A stretch of 63,795 nt of DNA, counting the filler, from Octopus bimaculoides (Eukaryota), in NCBI RefSeq assembly GCF_001194135.2. It is 6 parts of 6 records of this genome, joined end to end, with 100 filler letters (N's around TTAATTAATTAA, not from the genome) between each part and the next. Parts side by side here need not be neighbours in the genome. Positions count along the whole stretch, not along the records: positions 1 to 27,345 come from NC_069004.1; 5 more parts are not named here. One strand, written 5' to 3'. The notes beneath the pieces were generated by a model. That model ran no database searches. It saw nothing but the letters and a program-made list of their open reading frames with translations, and was not told the origin of the DNA. Shown piece after piece: positions 1 to 12,202 of the stretch. The position numbers and the translations under genes are program-made. Positions within the stretch are counted from its first letter, which is position 1. The number at the start of each line of letters is the position of its first letter.

Positions 1-290
1 ATATATATATATATACATATATATGCATATACATATACACATATATATAAAAGTATAAATATATGTATGTATGTATAGTAAGAGAGAGAGTGGGGGTGAC
101 TATTCATGAATGGCCGTGTTACAAAGTTAATCATTCATTTTTAACCATTAGTCATTCGTAAACCAACCACAATTCTATATATGACCACTGAAGGCATCTG
201 AACTAACCTGTCTTCCTTTCTAAACTCTCAATATGAATTGGTCTCATAAATTATGATTAAGACCAGCTTTTGCTGGGCATCTCGTATGAC

Positions 291-525
291 TTTATATGCA
301 AATGCGTGTGCATATGTATATGCGGCCGTACGTTTCAGTATATGCGTATGGTGTATATGTGTAGTAACAACGTAACAAAGAGGTAAATAGCCAATGATTT
401 TTCCATACATGTAGATGTGTGTGTTCACATAAAGATATATGCAGATATACATGTTTATGTAAATATATTAATATGCGTATGTATATATATATATATATAC
501 TTAGAGATAGATAGATAGATGGATG

Positions 526-566
<41 letters not shown>

Positions 567-1218
567 NNNNNNNNNNNNNNNNNNNNNNNNNNNNNNNNNN
601 NNNNNNNNNNNNNNNNNNNNNNNNNNNNNNNNNNNNNNNNNNNNNNNNNNNNNNNNNNNNNNNNNNNNNNNNNNNNNNNNNNNNNNNNNNNNNNNNNNNN
701 NNNNNNNNNNNNNNNNNNNNNNNNNNNNNNNNNNNNNNNNNNNNNNNNNNNNNNNNNNNNNNNNNNNNNNNNNNNNNNNNNNNNNNNNNNNNNNNNNNNN
801 NNNNNNNNNNNNNNNNNNNNNNNNNNNNNNNNNNNNNNNNNNNNNNNNNNNNNNNNNNNNNNNNNNNNNNNNNNNNNNNNNNNNNNNNNNNNNNNNNNNN
901 NNNNNNNNNNNNNNNNNNNNNNNNNNNNNNNNNNNNNNNNNNNNNNNNNNNNNNNNNNNNNNNNNNNNNNNNNNNNNNNNNNNNNNNNNNNNNNNNNNNN
1001 NNNNNNNNNNNNNNNNNNNNNNNNNNNTTTATATGCAAATGCGTGTGCATATGTATATGCGGCCGTACGTTTCAGTATATGCGTATGGTGTATATGTGTA
1101 GTAACAACGTAACAAAGAGGTAAATAGCCAATGATTTTTCCATACATGTAGATGTGTGTGTTCACATAAAGATATATGCAGATATACATGTTTATGTAAA
1201 TATATTAATATGCGTATG

Positions 1219-1238
<20 letters not shown>
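291..1238. repeat. ~208-bp direct duplication flanking an N gap (291-499 and 1028-~1238)
   Basis: TTTATATGCAAATGCG...AATATGCGTATG(TA)n appears identically on both sides of gap 567-1027; probably an unmerged contig overlap. Confidence 0.9.
503..566. repeat. (GATA)n microsatellite
   Basis: Direct reading; runs into an N gap. Confidence 0.95.
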
Positions 1239-1239
<1 letters not shown>

Positions 1240-1251
<12 letters not shown>

Positions 1252-1455
1252 TTGTGTGTCTGTGTTTGTCCCCCCCCCCAACATCGCTTGACAACCGATG
1301 CTGGTGTGTTTTTGTCCCCGAAACTTAGCGGTTCGGCAAAAGAGACCCATAGAATAAGTACTAGGCTTCCAAAGAATAAGTCCTGGGGTCGATTTGCTCG
1401 ACTAAAGGCAGTGCTCCGGCATGGCCACAGTCAAAAGACTGAAACAAGTAAAATA
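1240..1455 (+). mobile_element. SINE family A, 3' half
   Basis: GTTTGTCCCCCC..CATCGCTTGACAACCGATGCTGG...GAATAAGTACTAGGC...CATGGCCACAGTC..GACTGAAACAAGTAAAA; homologous to 21985-22205(+), 2055-2250(-) and 37455-37640(-). Confidence 0.85.
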
Positions 1456-1470
1456 GTAAAATAGTATATG

Positions 1471-1674
1471 TACGAGGGCGCGAGGGCGGGCTGAAGAGTT
1501 TCTGGCTTTGAGGGTTTCGCGATAGGCCTGGCTGGCGGCTCAAACTTCTGAGTTCTTCAACAGGACTTAGAAAAACTTAAGGACCGCTGCAACAAGTGTG
1601 TGAATCTGAGAGAGGAATACATTGAATAAAAGCATAGTTAGCTGACTCTGTATTTTGTTTAGCACACCTTCGTG
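1471..1674 (+). mobile_element. Internally deleted mariner-like element (MITE-like)
   Basis: Starts TACGAGGGC..GCTGAA and ends GCACACCTTCGTG (imperfect TIRs); retains a mariner-type C-terminus KLKDRCNKCVNLREEYIE*; second copy at 4165-4345(-). Confidence 0.7.
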
Positions 1675-2054
1675 TGTATGTATATATATATCCATATACA
1701 TACACATATCTATGAATTTATATATGTCTTCATGAACAGTTATGTTAAATGTCTCATCATTCATTCTTAAGCACAATTTAGTTCTTAATATGTGAAAAAA
1801 AAAAAAAAAGAGCAATGACAATACTTTATTTGTCATTGGAAAACATCTGGACGAACGTGGTTTTCTCTTTATAGCCTCGAATACTTATTCGTCTTATTAG
1901 CTGTGAATAACGTACGTCTGCAATGTATCCGTTATGATTACATATCAGTTTGCAAACGGTGTTCTATATCTCCAATTTTCAGGAACAGTTTGAGGTACTG
2001 TGAAACGGTCAACGGCGTTGGAGACCATAAAGATTAACGTTGTAGTCGAGAAAA

Positions 2055-2250
2055 GGTTAGCTGACATGGTGGATGGAGTAGAACACACCGCCTTTAGTCG
2101 AACAAATCGACTACGGGACTTAATTTTAGTAAGCCTAGTACTTATTCTATCGGTGTCATTTGCCGAACCTCTAGATTACGGGGGTATAAGCACACCAAAA
2201 TCGGTTGTCAAGCGATGGTGGGGGGACAGGCACAGACACACAAACATATA
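2055..2250 (-). mobile_element. SINE family A, 3' half
   Basis: Reverse-complement homologue of 1240-1455 (CGCCTTTAGTCGAACAAATCGAC...AGTACTTATTCTATCGG...GGTTGTCAAGCGATGGTGGGGGACA). Confidence 0.8.
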
Positions 2251-2918
2251 TANNNNNNNNNNNNNNNNNNNNNNNNNNNNNNNNNNNNNNNNNNNNNNNN
2301 NNNNNNNNNNNNNNNNNNNNNNNNNNNNNNNNNNNNNNNNNNNNNNNNNNNNNNNNNNNNNNNNNNNNNNNNNNNNNNNNNNNNNNNNNNNNNNNNNNNN
2401 NNNNNNNNNNNNNNNNNNNNNNNNNNNNNNNNNNNNNNNNNNNNNNNNNNNNNNNNATATATATATATATATATATATACCTTGATCCAGCAGTCCTATA
2501 ATGAAAAACTGTCAGTCAGTAACTAGCTCATAGTCTTACAGTTATGAATTATATACCAAGGGCTATACTAGCTAATGTAACTTCCATCAAGTGAAACACA
2601 ATATGGTGTGATCTGAGAATGATCAGACTGTTATTTCCTTCATTCAAGAGCATCCATCACGGAGACATCTTCTACTGTTATTAATGAAAATTCTCGTTTC
2701 AAATTTTCTATTGAAATCTAACGTTACGTGTTTCGTCTGGCTCTGTTTCAAAAATCGATATTGCATTTGTCTACTATTTCTGTCCTAATTAACTTCCTAT
2801 TAATAATTAAGATAACCGAAATGATTTAATTGATAAGATAAATGTCAAGAGGTCAACGTATCAATAGCACGTGTCTGTTATTGATTGATTAAACAACTGA
2901 TATATGCATATATGTATG

Positions 2919-2980
<62 letters not shown>

Positions 2981-3251
2981 ATATATATGTATATATACAT
3001 ATACATTTGCGTGCATGTATGTGTGTGTGAGTGTGTGTGAGTATGTGTGTACGTGTGTGCGTGCGTGTCTGTGAGTGTGTATGTGTATGGGTGTGCGTCT
3101 GCGGGTAGAGAAGGAGTGAAAGGCACCCAATATATGTTCATGAATTTAATTATTGCTTAAATGTCGATGATGAATTCAGTTTGTAGTTGCCCTGAGTTTA
3201 ATGTAGTGTGCGATATTTCAAGGGACACAAATATGATACACGCTTACATGC

Positions 3252-3287
<36 letters not shown>

Positions 3288-3528
3288 ACATATATATATA
3301 TGTATATATGCACATACGAAATAGTTTTGTAGTACTCAACATATAGAATAGAGTTAATAAATTTTCGTTTAAATATTATGAAGGCAACATTAAACGAATG
3401 ATTCATCATTAGATATAATATATAACATATATCAATATATACATCGATACATAGTCATGGATACGGAGAGATGCATCAATGCATCCATAGATATAGGTGT
3501 GCATACATATTTATGTATATATATATGT

Positions 3529-3561
<33 letters not shown>

Positions 3562-4164
3562 NNNNNNNNNNNNNNNNNNNNNNNNNNNNNNNNNNNNNNN
3601 NNNNNNNNNNNNNNNNNNNNNNNNNNNNNNNNNNNNNNNNNNNNNNNNNNNNNNNNNNNNNNNNNNNNNNNNNNNNNNNNNNNNNNNNNNNNNNNNNNNN
3701 NNNNNNNNNNNNNNNNNNNNNNNNNNNNNNNNNNNNNNNNNNNNNNNNNNNNNNNNNNNNNNNNNNNNNNNNNNNNNNNNNNNNNNNNNNNNNNNNNNNN
3801 NNNNNNNNNNNNNNNNNNNNNNNNNNNNNNNNNNNNNNNNNNNNNNNNNNNNNNNNNNNNNNNNNNNNNNNNNNNNNNNNNNNNNNNNNNNNNNNNNNNN
3901 NNNNNNNNNNNNNNNNNNNNNNNNNNNNNNNNNNNNNNNNNNNNNNNNNNNNNNNNNNNNNNNNNNNNNNNNNNNNNNNNNNNNNNNNNNNNNNNNNNNN
4001 NNNNNNNNNNNNNNNNNNNNNNNNNNNNNNNNNNNNNNNNNNNNNNNNNNNNNNNNNNNNNNNNNNNNNNNNNNNNNNNNNNNNNNNNNNNNNNNNNNNN
4101 NNNNNNNNNNNNNNNNNNNNNNNNNNNNNNNNNNNNNNNNNNNNNNNNNNNNNNNNNNNNNNNN

Positions 4165-4345
4165 TTGGGTAAAAGAAATACAGGAGGATCAGTTAATTAG
4201 GATTTTATTCAGCTCATTCCCCTCTCAGATTCTGAGACTCATTGCAGCGCTCCTTCATTTTTTCTAAGACCTGTAAAAGATCTCGGAATGTTGGGCCTCC
4301 AGCCAGGCCTTTCGCGATGACCTTAAAGACAGTAACCTTTCAGCG
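4165..4345 (-). mobile_element. Second copy of the deleted mariner-like element
   Basis: Reverse complement aligns to 1490-1665 (GCGAAAGGCCTGGCTGGAGG..TTAGAAAAAATGAAGGAGCGCTGCAA..AATCTGAGAGGGGAA..GAATAAAA). Confidence 0.7.
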
Positions 4346-4348
4346 CAT

Positions 4349-4383
<35 letters not shown>

Positions 4384-4721
4384 CTTCAGTGCCTGGTTGA
4401 CAACAGCACGGTTATCTGCAAAGAGCAGCTCATGTACAAGAATTTCTATTCTGATATCTTTGGTTTAGCTAGAATTCAAAGAACTCTTTGATGTTTGGAA
4501 AGGCTTCCATCAATTCCAAATTGAATATTCCAGCCAATTGGCGTGTCTTTGAAAGCTGTATCATTCAAAACTGAGAAATATTGGCTGTCGGTTAATTTCA
4601 TTCGTTTTTGTTTTTGTTTTGTTTGTTTGTTTGTTTGTTTTTTTTGCTCTCAATTCTTCTTGGCATCCTATCAGCATATGTCTGTAAAGTGTTAAAATAT
4701 ATTCAGATTTTATGGGCTGTG

Positions 4722-4800
4722 TGGTAAGACGCTTCCTTCCCAACACATTGTCCCGGGTTCAATCCCACTGTGTGGTACCTTGAACAATTGTCTGCTACTA
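4722..4800 (+). mobile_element. SINE family A, tRNA-like head fragment
   Basis: GGCTGTGTGGTAAG (box A-like) ... GGGTTCAATCCCACTG (box B-like). Confidence 0.7.
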
Positions 4801-5166
4801 ACATTGGCTGAGTATTCCGAAATCTCTTATGCTCGTGATTTAATACTCCGTATACAGCCAGTGCGACGCACATTTAGCCGTGGTGAATCATCTAGTATTT
4901 ACGCGTAAGTGGCGAAGTACTCCGCACATAGGTGTACTCCCAACGTCATACGCTGATTAAAATCGGTGGTTCAGCGTATTACAAGTAATATCCACCTTGT
5001 GCTTATGTAGTAGTAGTAGTAGTGACTTCTTTATTTGCAACAAGAACATCAGGTAAGGAGAACATAAGAAAGACAGGTTATAATTTGTAATTTGCGCGAG
5101 GGAGAGGTTACATGAAGATAAAGACAACGGAGGAAAATAAGATAAAAATGAAGTATATATTATACA

Positions 5167-5338
5167 GGCGCATGTGTGGCTGTGTGGTAAGAAGCTTGTT
5201 TCTCAACCACATGGTTCCGGGTTCAGTCCCACTACGTCGAACCTTGGGCAAGTGTCTTCTACTATAGCCTCGGGCTGACCAAAGCCTTGTGAGTGGATTT
5301 GGTAGATGGAAACTGAAAGAACCCCGACGTATATATAT
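5167..5338 (+). mobile_element. SINE family A, 5' half (tRNA head plus CORE-like segment)
   Basis: TGGCTGTGTGG box A, GGTTCAGTCCC box B, then CTTGGGCAAGTGTCTTCTACTATAGCCTCGGG; ends in (TA)n. Confidence 0.85.
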
Positions 5339-6369
5339 TACTGGTACTATCTATAAAACGATTCTCTACACTGAGGACCTGTACCCGATATCATTCCGTT
5401 TCGACCCGAGTTGATTATTGAAAGCACTCACTTTTCAAGATGCCCCATTATGGAATCGAACGCGGAGTCTTATGACTGCGAATCGAACTATTTATCCTTA
5501 TGTCCATAACTGCAAATTGCTTACTTGTAGATATGAGATACTCAGCCATACACATTTACTCGCACATACAAAAACAATTACGCCACACAATCATATACAC
5601 ACGTATATACACGTATTTACACACAAACACACGAAGCAACTAACATTTCGTAAATCTTTCTCGAAAATCTTGTTTTTTTTTTTTTTTGCTGTTTTCTTAC
5701 GAGTTTCCATTCACTTCTTTGGACGCCTCCATTAAAATAATAATTTTAAACGGAAACAAAGATGGCCAAAACTATCTAACTATCTGTCCATTAACTATAT
5801 AGAAACTTATCGTTTTTCATGCCAACGGCGTCTGTAAATTGTTCCATTTTTAAGCAATCCTAATTTGCAACGACGTATAAAATATGCAGTTTTTTTACGA
5901 CCATTTTTTTATTTTTTTAAACTACAGTACGGTGAAATTTATTCCTCGTTTATGATGTCAGAATCTTACCGAAATATGACGATAGTTGTCTCCCATATTT
6001 TATTGTGTGCAGGAAAATGAGAATAATATTATTTATTGACCAAAATTGTATTATATTTCCTCGGGGTAAATTCATCTCTAGCTAACATTTTTATCGTTCC
6101 TTCTGTTACGTATGTTAACACTTACTTGCGTATTATTTTACATGCCAATGGCGTCTTCTAATCACGTTATTTCTAAAGAATTACAATTCTGTATGCCAAC
6201 AAATATACATATTTTACAAGACTCTTTCAACACTGGTTCGGCAATTTCGATATAAACTGGGCTTCGCTGATGAGGTAAGAGTTAGATAGGAACATATATG
6301 TAATTTGTCACCATATTTTCATCTTTATCTACACACTACATACAATAACTAACTTCATCTTTTATTAAA

Positions 6370-6610
6370 TTTCTCTTGTTTCAGCAATTGAAGAGCGGCC
6401 ATACTGGAGCATTGCTTTAAATGGTCAAGTCGAACACGTGGACGCCGGAACGTTTTTTTATTTGTTTTTTTTTAAAGCTTAGTACTTATTCTATCAGTCT
6501 AATGTGAAGAGCGCAAAAATACTGGGATGTGAACGAACAAACACCGTTAGCCAAGCGGCATCGGAACATAACTCAAACACACAGACACGACAACATACAA
6601 ACACACATAA

Positions 6611-6685
<75 letters not shown>

Positions 6686-6800
6686 AACGCACGCACATAC
6701 ATATGTATATATATATATGTATATGTATATATGTATAAGTGTATATTTATATATATATGTGTATATATANNNNNNNNNNNNNNNNNNNNATATATATATA

Positions 6801-6831
<31 letters not shown>

Positions 6832-6939
6832 CATATACTTCCAAACAGTTTCCGTCTAACAAGTTCATTCACAAGGCATTATCGCCCTGAGGCTATAAAA
6901 GAAGACACTTGCCGAAGGTATCGCTCATTGGAATTGAAC
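6370..6939 (-). mobile_element. SINE family A, near full length, with internal (CA)n/(TA)n tract
   Basis: 3' half at 6370-6590, microsatellite and gap at 6590-6835, 5' half at 6835-6939; head truncated at TTGAAC. Confidence 0.75.
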
Positions 6940-7110
6940 TCTGCTGTGCATGCGCACTAAGTTTTAACGTTCTGGCACACATCCACTGTTTCCAAGCAGT
7001 GCCTGGAAGAAATGTGTGTAGCGTGTGATCGTCGCATTGACCATGACAGAGAAAGTTGTCATGGCGATACCTGTGCCAAGGCCTACACTAAATTGCTTAC
7101 AAAGTACACC
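6934..7110 (+). mobile_element. Mariner 5' fragment (same family as 62266-62850)
   Basis: TTGAACTCTGCTGTGCATGC..TAAGTTTTAA..GTGTGTAGCGTGTGATCGTCGCATTGACCATGACAGAGAAAG..GGCCTACAC aligns to 62360-62510. Confidence 0.8.
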
Positions 7111-7272
7111 AACACCAATTCTTTACGCCAATAAATGCAAACACATTTTGCATATTACATAGGAATTTTCTTTCGACAAGCCAGGTAACGGATACTCTTC
7201 CCTGAAGAGGTACAAATAACACCAAAACTTATCAATTGTTGAATTAACAGCAGTAATTGCTGGAAAATCAAA

Positions 7273-7273
<1 letters not shown>

Positions 7274-7358
<85 letters not shown>
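7274..7358. repeat. (CA)n microsatellite
   Basis: Direct reading. Confidence 0.95.
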
Positions 7359-7363
<5 letters not shown>

Positions 7364-8102
7364 AATATTATTCATTGTCTGATATTATTTTATTTGTTGC
7401 CTCTACTCCTACGTTTTTGTATATAAAACGTTTCCAGTTATTAATAATGACTCACGCATTAGATACTTTAACACTATCTTACATACATACAAACAGAACT
7501 ATCTCGGTATGTATCTGTCTAATAATTACTTAACATCCAACAAAACATCATACACGGAAGCGATTAAACAGTCGCAACAGTAAAAACCACAAAATGATTA
7601 TCTCATTGTCATTATAAACGTTTTAAGTTAACATCTTTTGTGAAGTCGATTTGGAGTTTTATCGAAATATCATGGCCGACAGTCGGCAATTTCTCTTTGT
7701 TCGCTAATAACTCGCCATTAATATTCGCTTTGGTTGACATTAGAAAAACCGTCTCCCACCGTTTCTCTGATCACAGAGAATTATAAATGCCTGATTCTTG
7801 CTGAGAGTACACAAATATCCACAAATATCCACACACACACTCACACACACAAGCATCCACAAACACACACAGACAGGAACTAAGAAAAATAGGCACACAT
7901 ACAAACACTTACAAACGCACACATAGTTGCACACATTTATATGTTCATACATACATACACTCGCATATTCAGACACAGACAAACAGAAAGACAAATAGAT
8001 ATTTGTATATGTATTTATATGGATGTGTGTGAGAGTGCGTGTGTATGTAACTATATATATGTATATATATATATAATTTTACACATACACACATACACAC
8101 AT

Positions 8103-8133
<31 letters not shown>

Positions 8134-8209
8134 CACTCACAAATTCACACGTATGTATGTAGGTATATGTATCATATATATGTATGTATGTACGTATGTA
8201 TATATACAT

Positions 8210-8240
<31 letters not shown>

Positions 8241-8256
8241 CATGCACAAAGACACA

Positions 8257-8400
8257 TGATGGGCTTCTACACAGTCTCCTGTGTCAAATCAACTCACAGG
8301 GCATCGACCGCCTAGGGTCTATAGTATAAGTCGCCATGGAACCATGCAGTGGGACTGGATCCAAAACCACGTGGTCGCAAAGCGAGCTATTTAACCAAGC
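8257..8400 (-). mobile_element. SINE family A, 5' half, diverged
   Basis: GATGGGCTTCT..CAGT..AAATCAACTCACAGGGCAT..CTATAGTA..GCAGTGGGACTGGATCC..ACCACGTGGT is the reverse complement of the head. Confidence 0.7.
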
Positions 8401-9521
8401 CTGTAGAATGTTAATCGTTAGGTTATAAAATTTTCTTGAACAGGGCGCTACACATCAACAACTACAACAAAAGCAACAAATACAGCTGAAGCAATTAAAA
8501 CGATGTTGGTTTTACGAATAGTGTAGTTTGAGCGTGTACCACCCATAGTAAACCTTGGCCTTGCTACCCTCCATCAGGGACCCAAAGTCTAAACATACTT
8601 ATAGACCTGACCGAGTACATGATCTTAGTTATTCCCTCATCATACGGCGTGTGAAGCAGTGAAAGTTGTCTTGCTGAAACGATGCTTCATCATTTTGAAC
8701 TGTTTTTGTAGCTTGATGTTTTTTTCTTTTTTCAGGGGCCAAGATGTTCCGTCGTTCCCAACCACTTGTATGACTGCTCTCCATAGTTCACGAGGTACAG
8801 TTACTTGAAACTTTTCGCCTTGTGCTGCAGTGTCAAAACAAACCATCACTTCATGTGCTTTAGCCGGCCCGTCAGCTGAGCTGTACCGTGTCGTAGTGCT
8901 TGGCGCCAGTATATTAGAGGTTTGAGGGTTGAGCGAGAGCCACCGATGCACGCCAACACTACCAGGTAGGTAGCAGCGGCCTAAACATCGAAAATGCTTC
9001 AATCAAGGCAGACCTTCAGCCTCACCCTACCAGAGTCCCCAAGTCCATGGAGAGTTATACAGCAGATTCAAAAGTGCCCTCCCTTAAAAGTGTCGCTTAA
9101 GGTTACGAACTTAGCGAAAGGGCTGAATTAAAATTCGAACCGTTATCCTTCCGTTTGGATCATACCAATACCACTTCCGCGCAGTAGTCGTTGAGACAAC
9201 ACTGACAGCAAAAAAATCAATACTGCGTACTTCATGCCAAAAATATGTGGAAATCTCAGGTCACGGTTTAATCACTTGGTCAAAATCAATGAAACTAGAT
9301 ATGTTACCGATTGATTCTATTTATCGATCTATGACACACTATTTGTCTGGCCTATATTCAGATGATACCTGACTAGAGATGGGTGAGCGGATAGTTCAAT
9401 TTGCGACTGGTTGGGGATACAGGTAGTTTGAACTTGGTTTTAGCGTCTAAAATACAGACGGACGTACACATACGTATGTATATAGTATTCAGACGGAATG
9501 CAGATATATATATATATATAT

Positions 9522-9523
<2 letters not shown>

Positions 9524-9583
<60 letters not shown>

Positions 9584-9605
9584 GGATAGATAGATAGATA
9601 AATAT

Positions 9606-9653
<48 letters not shown>

Positions 9654-9658
9654 ATAGA
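9524..9658. repeat. (GATA)n microsatellite
   Basis: Direct reading. Confidence 0.95.
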
Positions 9659-10203
9659 TTCATACATACATACACAGATACAGATGCGCGCGCGCACGCA
9701 CGCACACACACAGACGCTGACGCACTACCACACAAATCCATGTAACTTTGATTGTCGTAAAAAAATCAATGTATCTTATTTTGATCGTTTCAGTCTCGTG
9801 CTACCCAGACTTTCAACGGTAAGTGAGCATCATCTCCAGGCAAGTTATGACTGAAAATTGATAGAATTTGCACATCTTTATATAATTTTCTCGTCGTAGA
9901 ATGTGGTGTGGTGATGGAAAGTAAATGTGATGCGGGCAAGGTGGCAAAGTGAAGATAAAAGAAAAAGAAAGAAAGGAAAGTAAAAAAGAAGGAAAAGAAT
10001 ATATCTATATACATATATAATATATATACTACAAATGTATGTGAGTATGTGCGTGTGTATATATATATATATATATATACAAGAATAAGGGCAGGGAATC
10101 GTCAATTAATAATAGAATTAATAATTAACAATTTTGCCAAGTAGTTCAGTATGAAAAAAACCTTTATCGGTAAAACTATTTATCATCATAAATATACAGG
10201 GAT

Positions 10204-10371
10204 TAGCAATTGAGTTGCTTCTCCAACATACTGAAAATTTAGAAATACCAGTCAAAGAACTACTGATTCTAAACTACAAATTTTTAGAGAAAAATTTGTA
10301 GTTTAGAATCAGTAGTTCTTTGACTGCTATTTCTAAATTTTCAGTATGTTGGAGAAGCAGCTCAATTGCTA
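10204..10371. repeat. Near-perfect palindrome: 82-bp arms, 4-nt loop
   Basis: 10204-10285 versus reverse complement of 10290-10371: 2 mismatches, no indels, loop AGAG; right arm ends at an N gap. Confidence 0.95.
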
Positions 10372-10649
10372 NNNNNNNNNNNNNNNNNNNNNNNNNNNNN
10401 NNNNNNNNNNNNNNNNNNNNNNNNNNNNNNNNNNNNNNNNNNNNNNNNNNNNNNNNNNNNNNNNNNNNNNNNNNNNNNNNNNNNNNNNNNNNNNNNNNNN
10501 NNNNNNNNNNNNNNNNNNNNNNNNNNNNNNNNNNNNNNNNNNNNNNNNNNNNNNTATATATATATATATATATATGTGGATGGATGGATATGTACATGAG
10601 TGTAGACACGTATGTATGTATGTGTATGAGTTTGCTTTTTTTTAGAACC

Positions 10650-11000
10650 AAAAGGAAATAACATGCAACAAATTATTGGAAGGTCACTGACTTGCCAGCC
10701 TTCGTCTGCCATTTGACAAGTCTGGTTTTTCATCCATCATAATATCCAACAGTATTAGACGTGATGACATGTGATACTATATGAAATTTTAAATAATATT
10801 GTGATATATATGGCTGGGTGGGAAATGTTTGTATAGCAATACGAAAATAGTATTTTGCTACAGGGGATAGAACCATTTTCTTGTACGGTGGGTTATACCA
10901 TGTTATTTTTATATATTTTGAATTATTTTTCATAACACTGTGTGGTGAATAACATTTTGCAATTCCTTTCATTATATCCATGAATGCAAAGTGTTCACGT
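10650..11000 (-). mobile_element. Decayed Penelope-like retroelement fragment (RT-to-GIY-YIG linker region)
   Basis: Minus-strand translation KITWYNPPYKKMVLSPVAKYYF..IAIQTFP resembles the PLE motif R.IIWFNPPF..NV.T.IGK.FL..I..HFP; downstream KNQTCQM resembles the Cys region before GIY-YIG. Frameshifted. Confidence 0.65.
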
Positions 11001-11227
11001 ATTCGGCGTATAGTAATCTTTAGAAACGTCGTTTAAGATAGCTTCGTCAGAAGAGGTTGGTTGGGTGTAATAATATATAATATCGCTGGCTAAAATATTT
11101 TGGGTGGCTGGTGAATTTATAAATATACTGTAGTATCTCATTAGTCTACATCTAGTATCGAAAATTCTCCATATGTTTGTTTGAACATTGGACTATTATA
11201 CCAAATATATGTATGTAGGTAGATATG

Positions 11228-11286
<59 letters not shown>

Positions 11287-11779
11287 TTATATATATACAT
11301 ATATACATATATATACTTGTATATATACATATACATAATATATGAATATATTGTATGAATATGCATATATACATATATATATATTATATACATATAAATG
11401 TATATAGATATAGACATATATACACATATACAAATATATATACATATACATATATATATATATTTATAGAAACATATATAAGCACATATATAGGTAAGTA
11501 TATAGATATAGAACTATGTATGTATACATTTAACGAAAGAACCAGTTAATGGTATGCAATAAAAAAAAACATACATACATTATTCCAGGAATAATGAGCA
11601 TTATAGAATATATATATCTATTTCGATGTATGTATAACATGACATATCTTCATATTGCAAGCTATTAGCTGGTTTTACATTAATGTATATAGAATGATAT
11701 ATAAATATTTTCCATATCTTACCGTTGTTTGGCTAAAGTTCATACACCTAGTCTATAATCTTCCTTGTATCTACTATCT

Positions 11780-11854
<75 letters not shown>

Positions 11855-12155
11855 ATATGTCCAAACATGTATTCATATATTAGTATATATATATATATAT
11901 ATATATATACAGACATGTATATATATATGTGTGTGTATGTGTCTACNNNNNNNNNNNNNNNNNNNNNNNNNNNNNNNNNNNNNNNNNNNNNNNNNNNNNN
12001 NNNNNNNNNNNNNNNNNNNNNNNNNNNNNNNNNNNNNNNNNNNNNNNNNNNNNNNNNNNNNNNNNNNNNNNNNNNNNNNNNNNNNNNNNNNNNNNNNNNN
12101 NNNNNNNNNNNNNNNNNNNNNNNNNNNNNNNNNNNNNNNNNNNNNNNNNNNNNNN

Positions 12156-12202
<47 letters not shown>

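Noticed and set aside
291-1238. Apparent 208-bp tandem duplication
   Set aside because: The copies are identical and sit on either side of an N gap, typical of an unmerged contig overlap or haplotype redundancy.
1983-2055. Plus-strand exon-like segment with strong acceptor (TTTTCAG) and AAG|GTTAGC donor
   Set aside because: All three frames contain stops and no homology is recognised; such signals are common by chance in AT-rich DNA.
5167-5245. tRNA-like sequences with box A/B (also 21763, 22323, 59900)
   Set aside because: They continue into SINE body sequence and occur as diverged copies; these are SINE heads, not tRNA genes.
8855-8915. YRVVVLGA resembling a Ras-family G1 box
   Set aside because: It is not followed by GxGKS, and the frame is bounded by stops.
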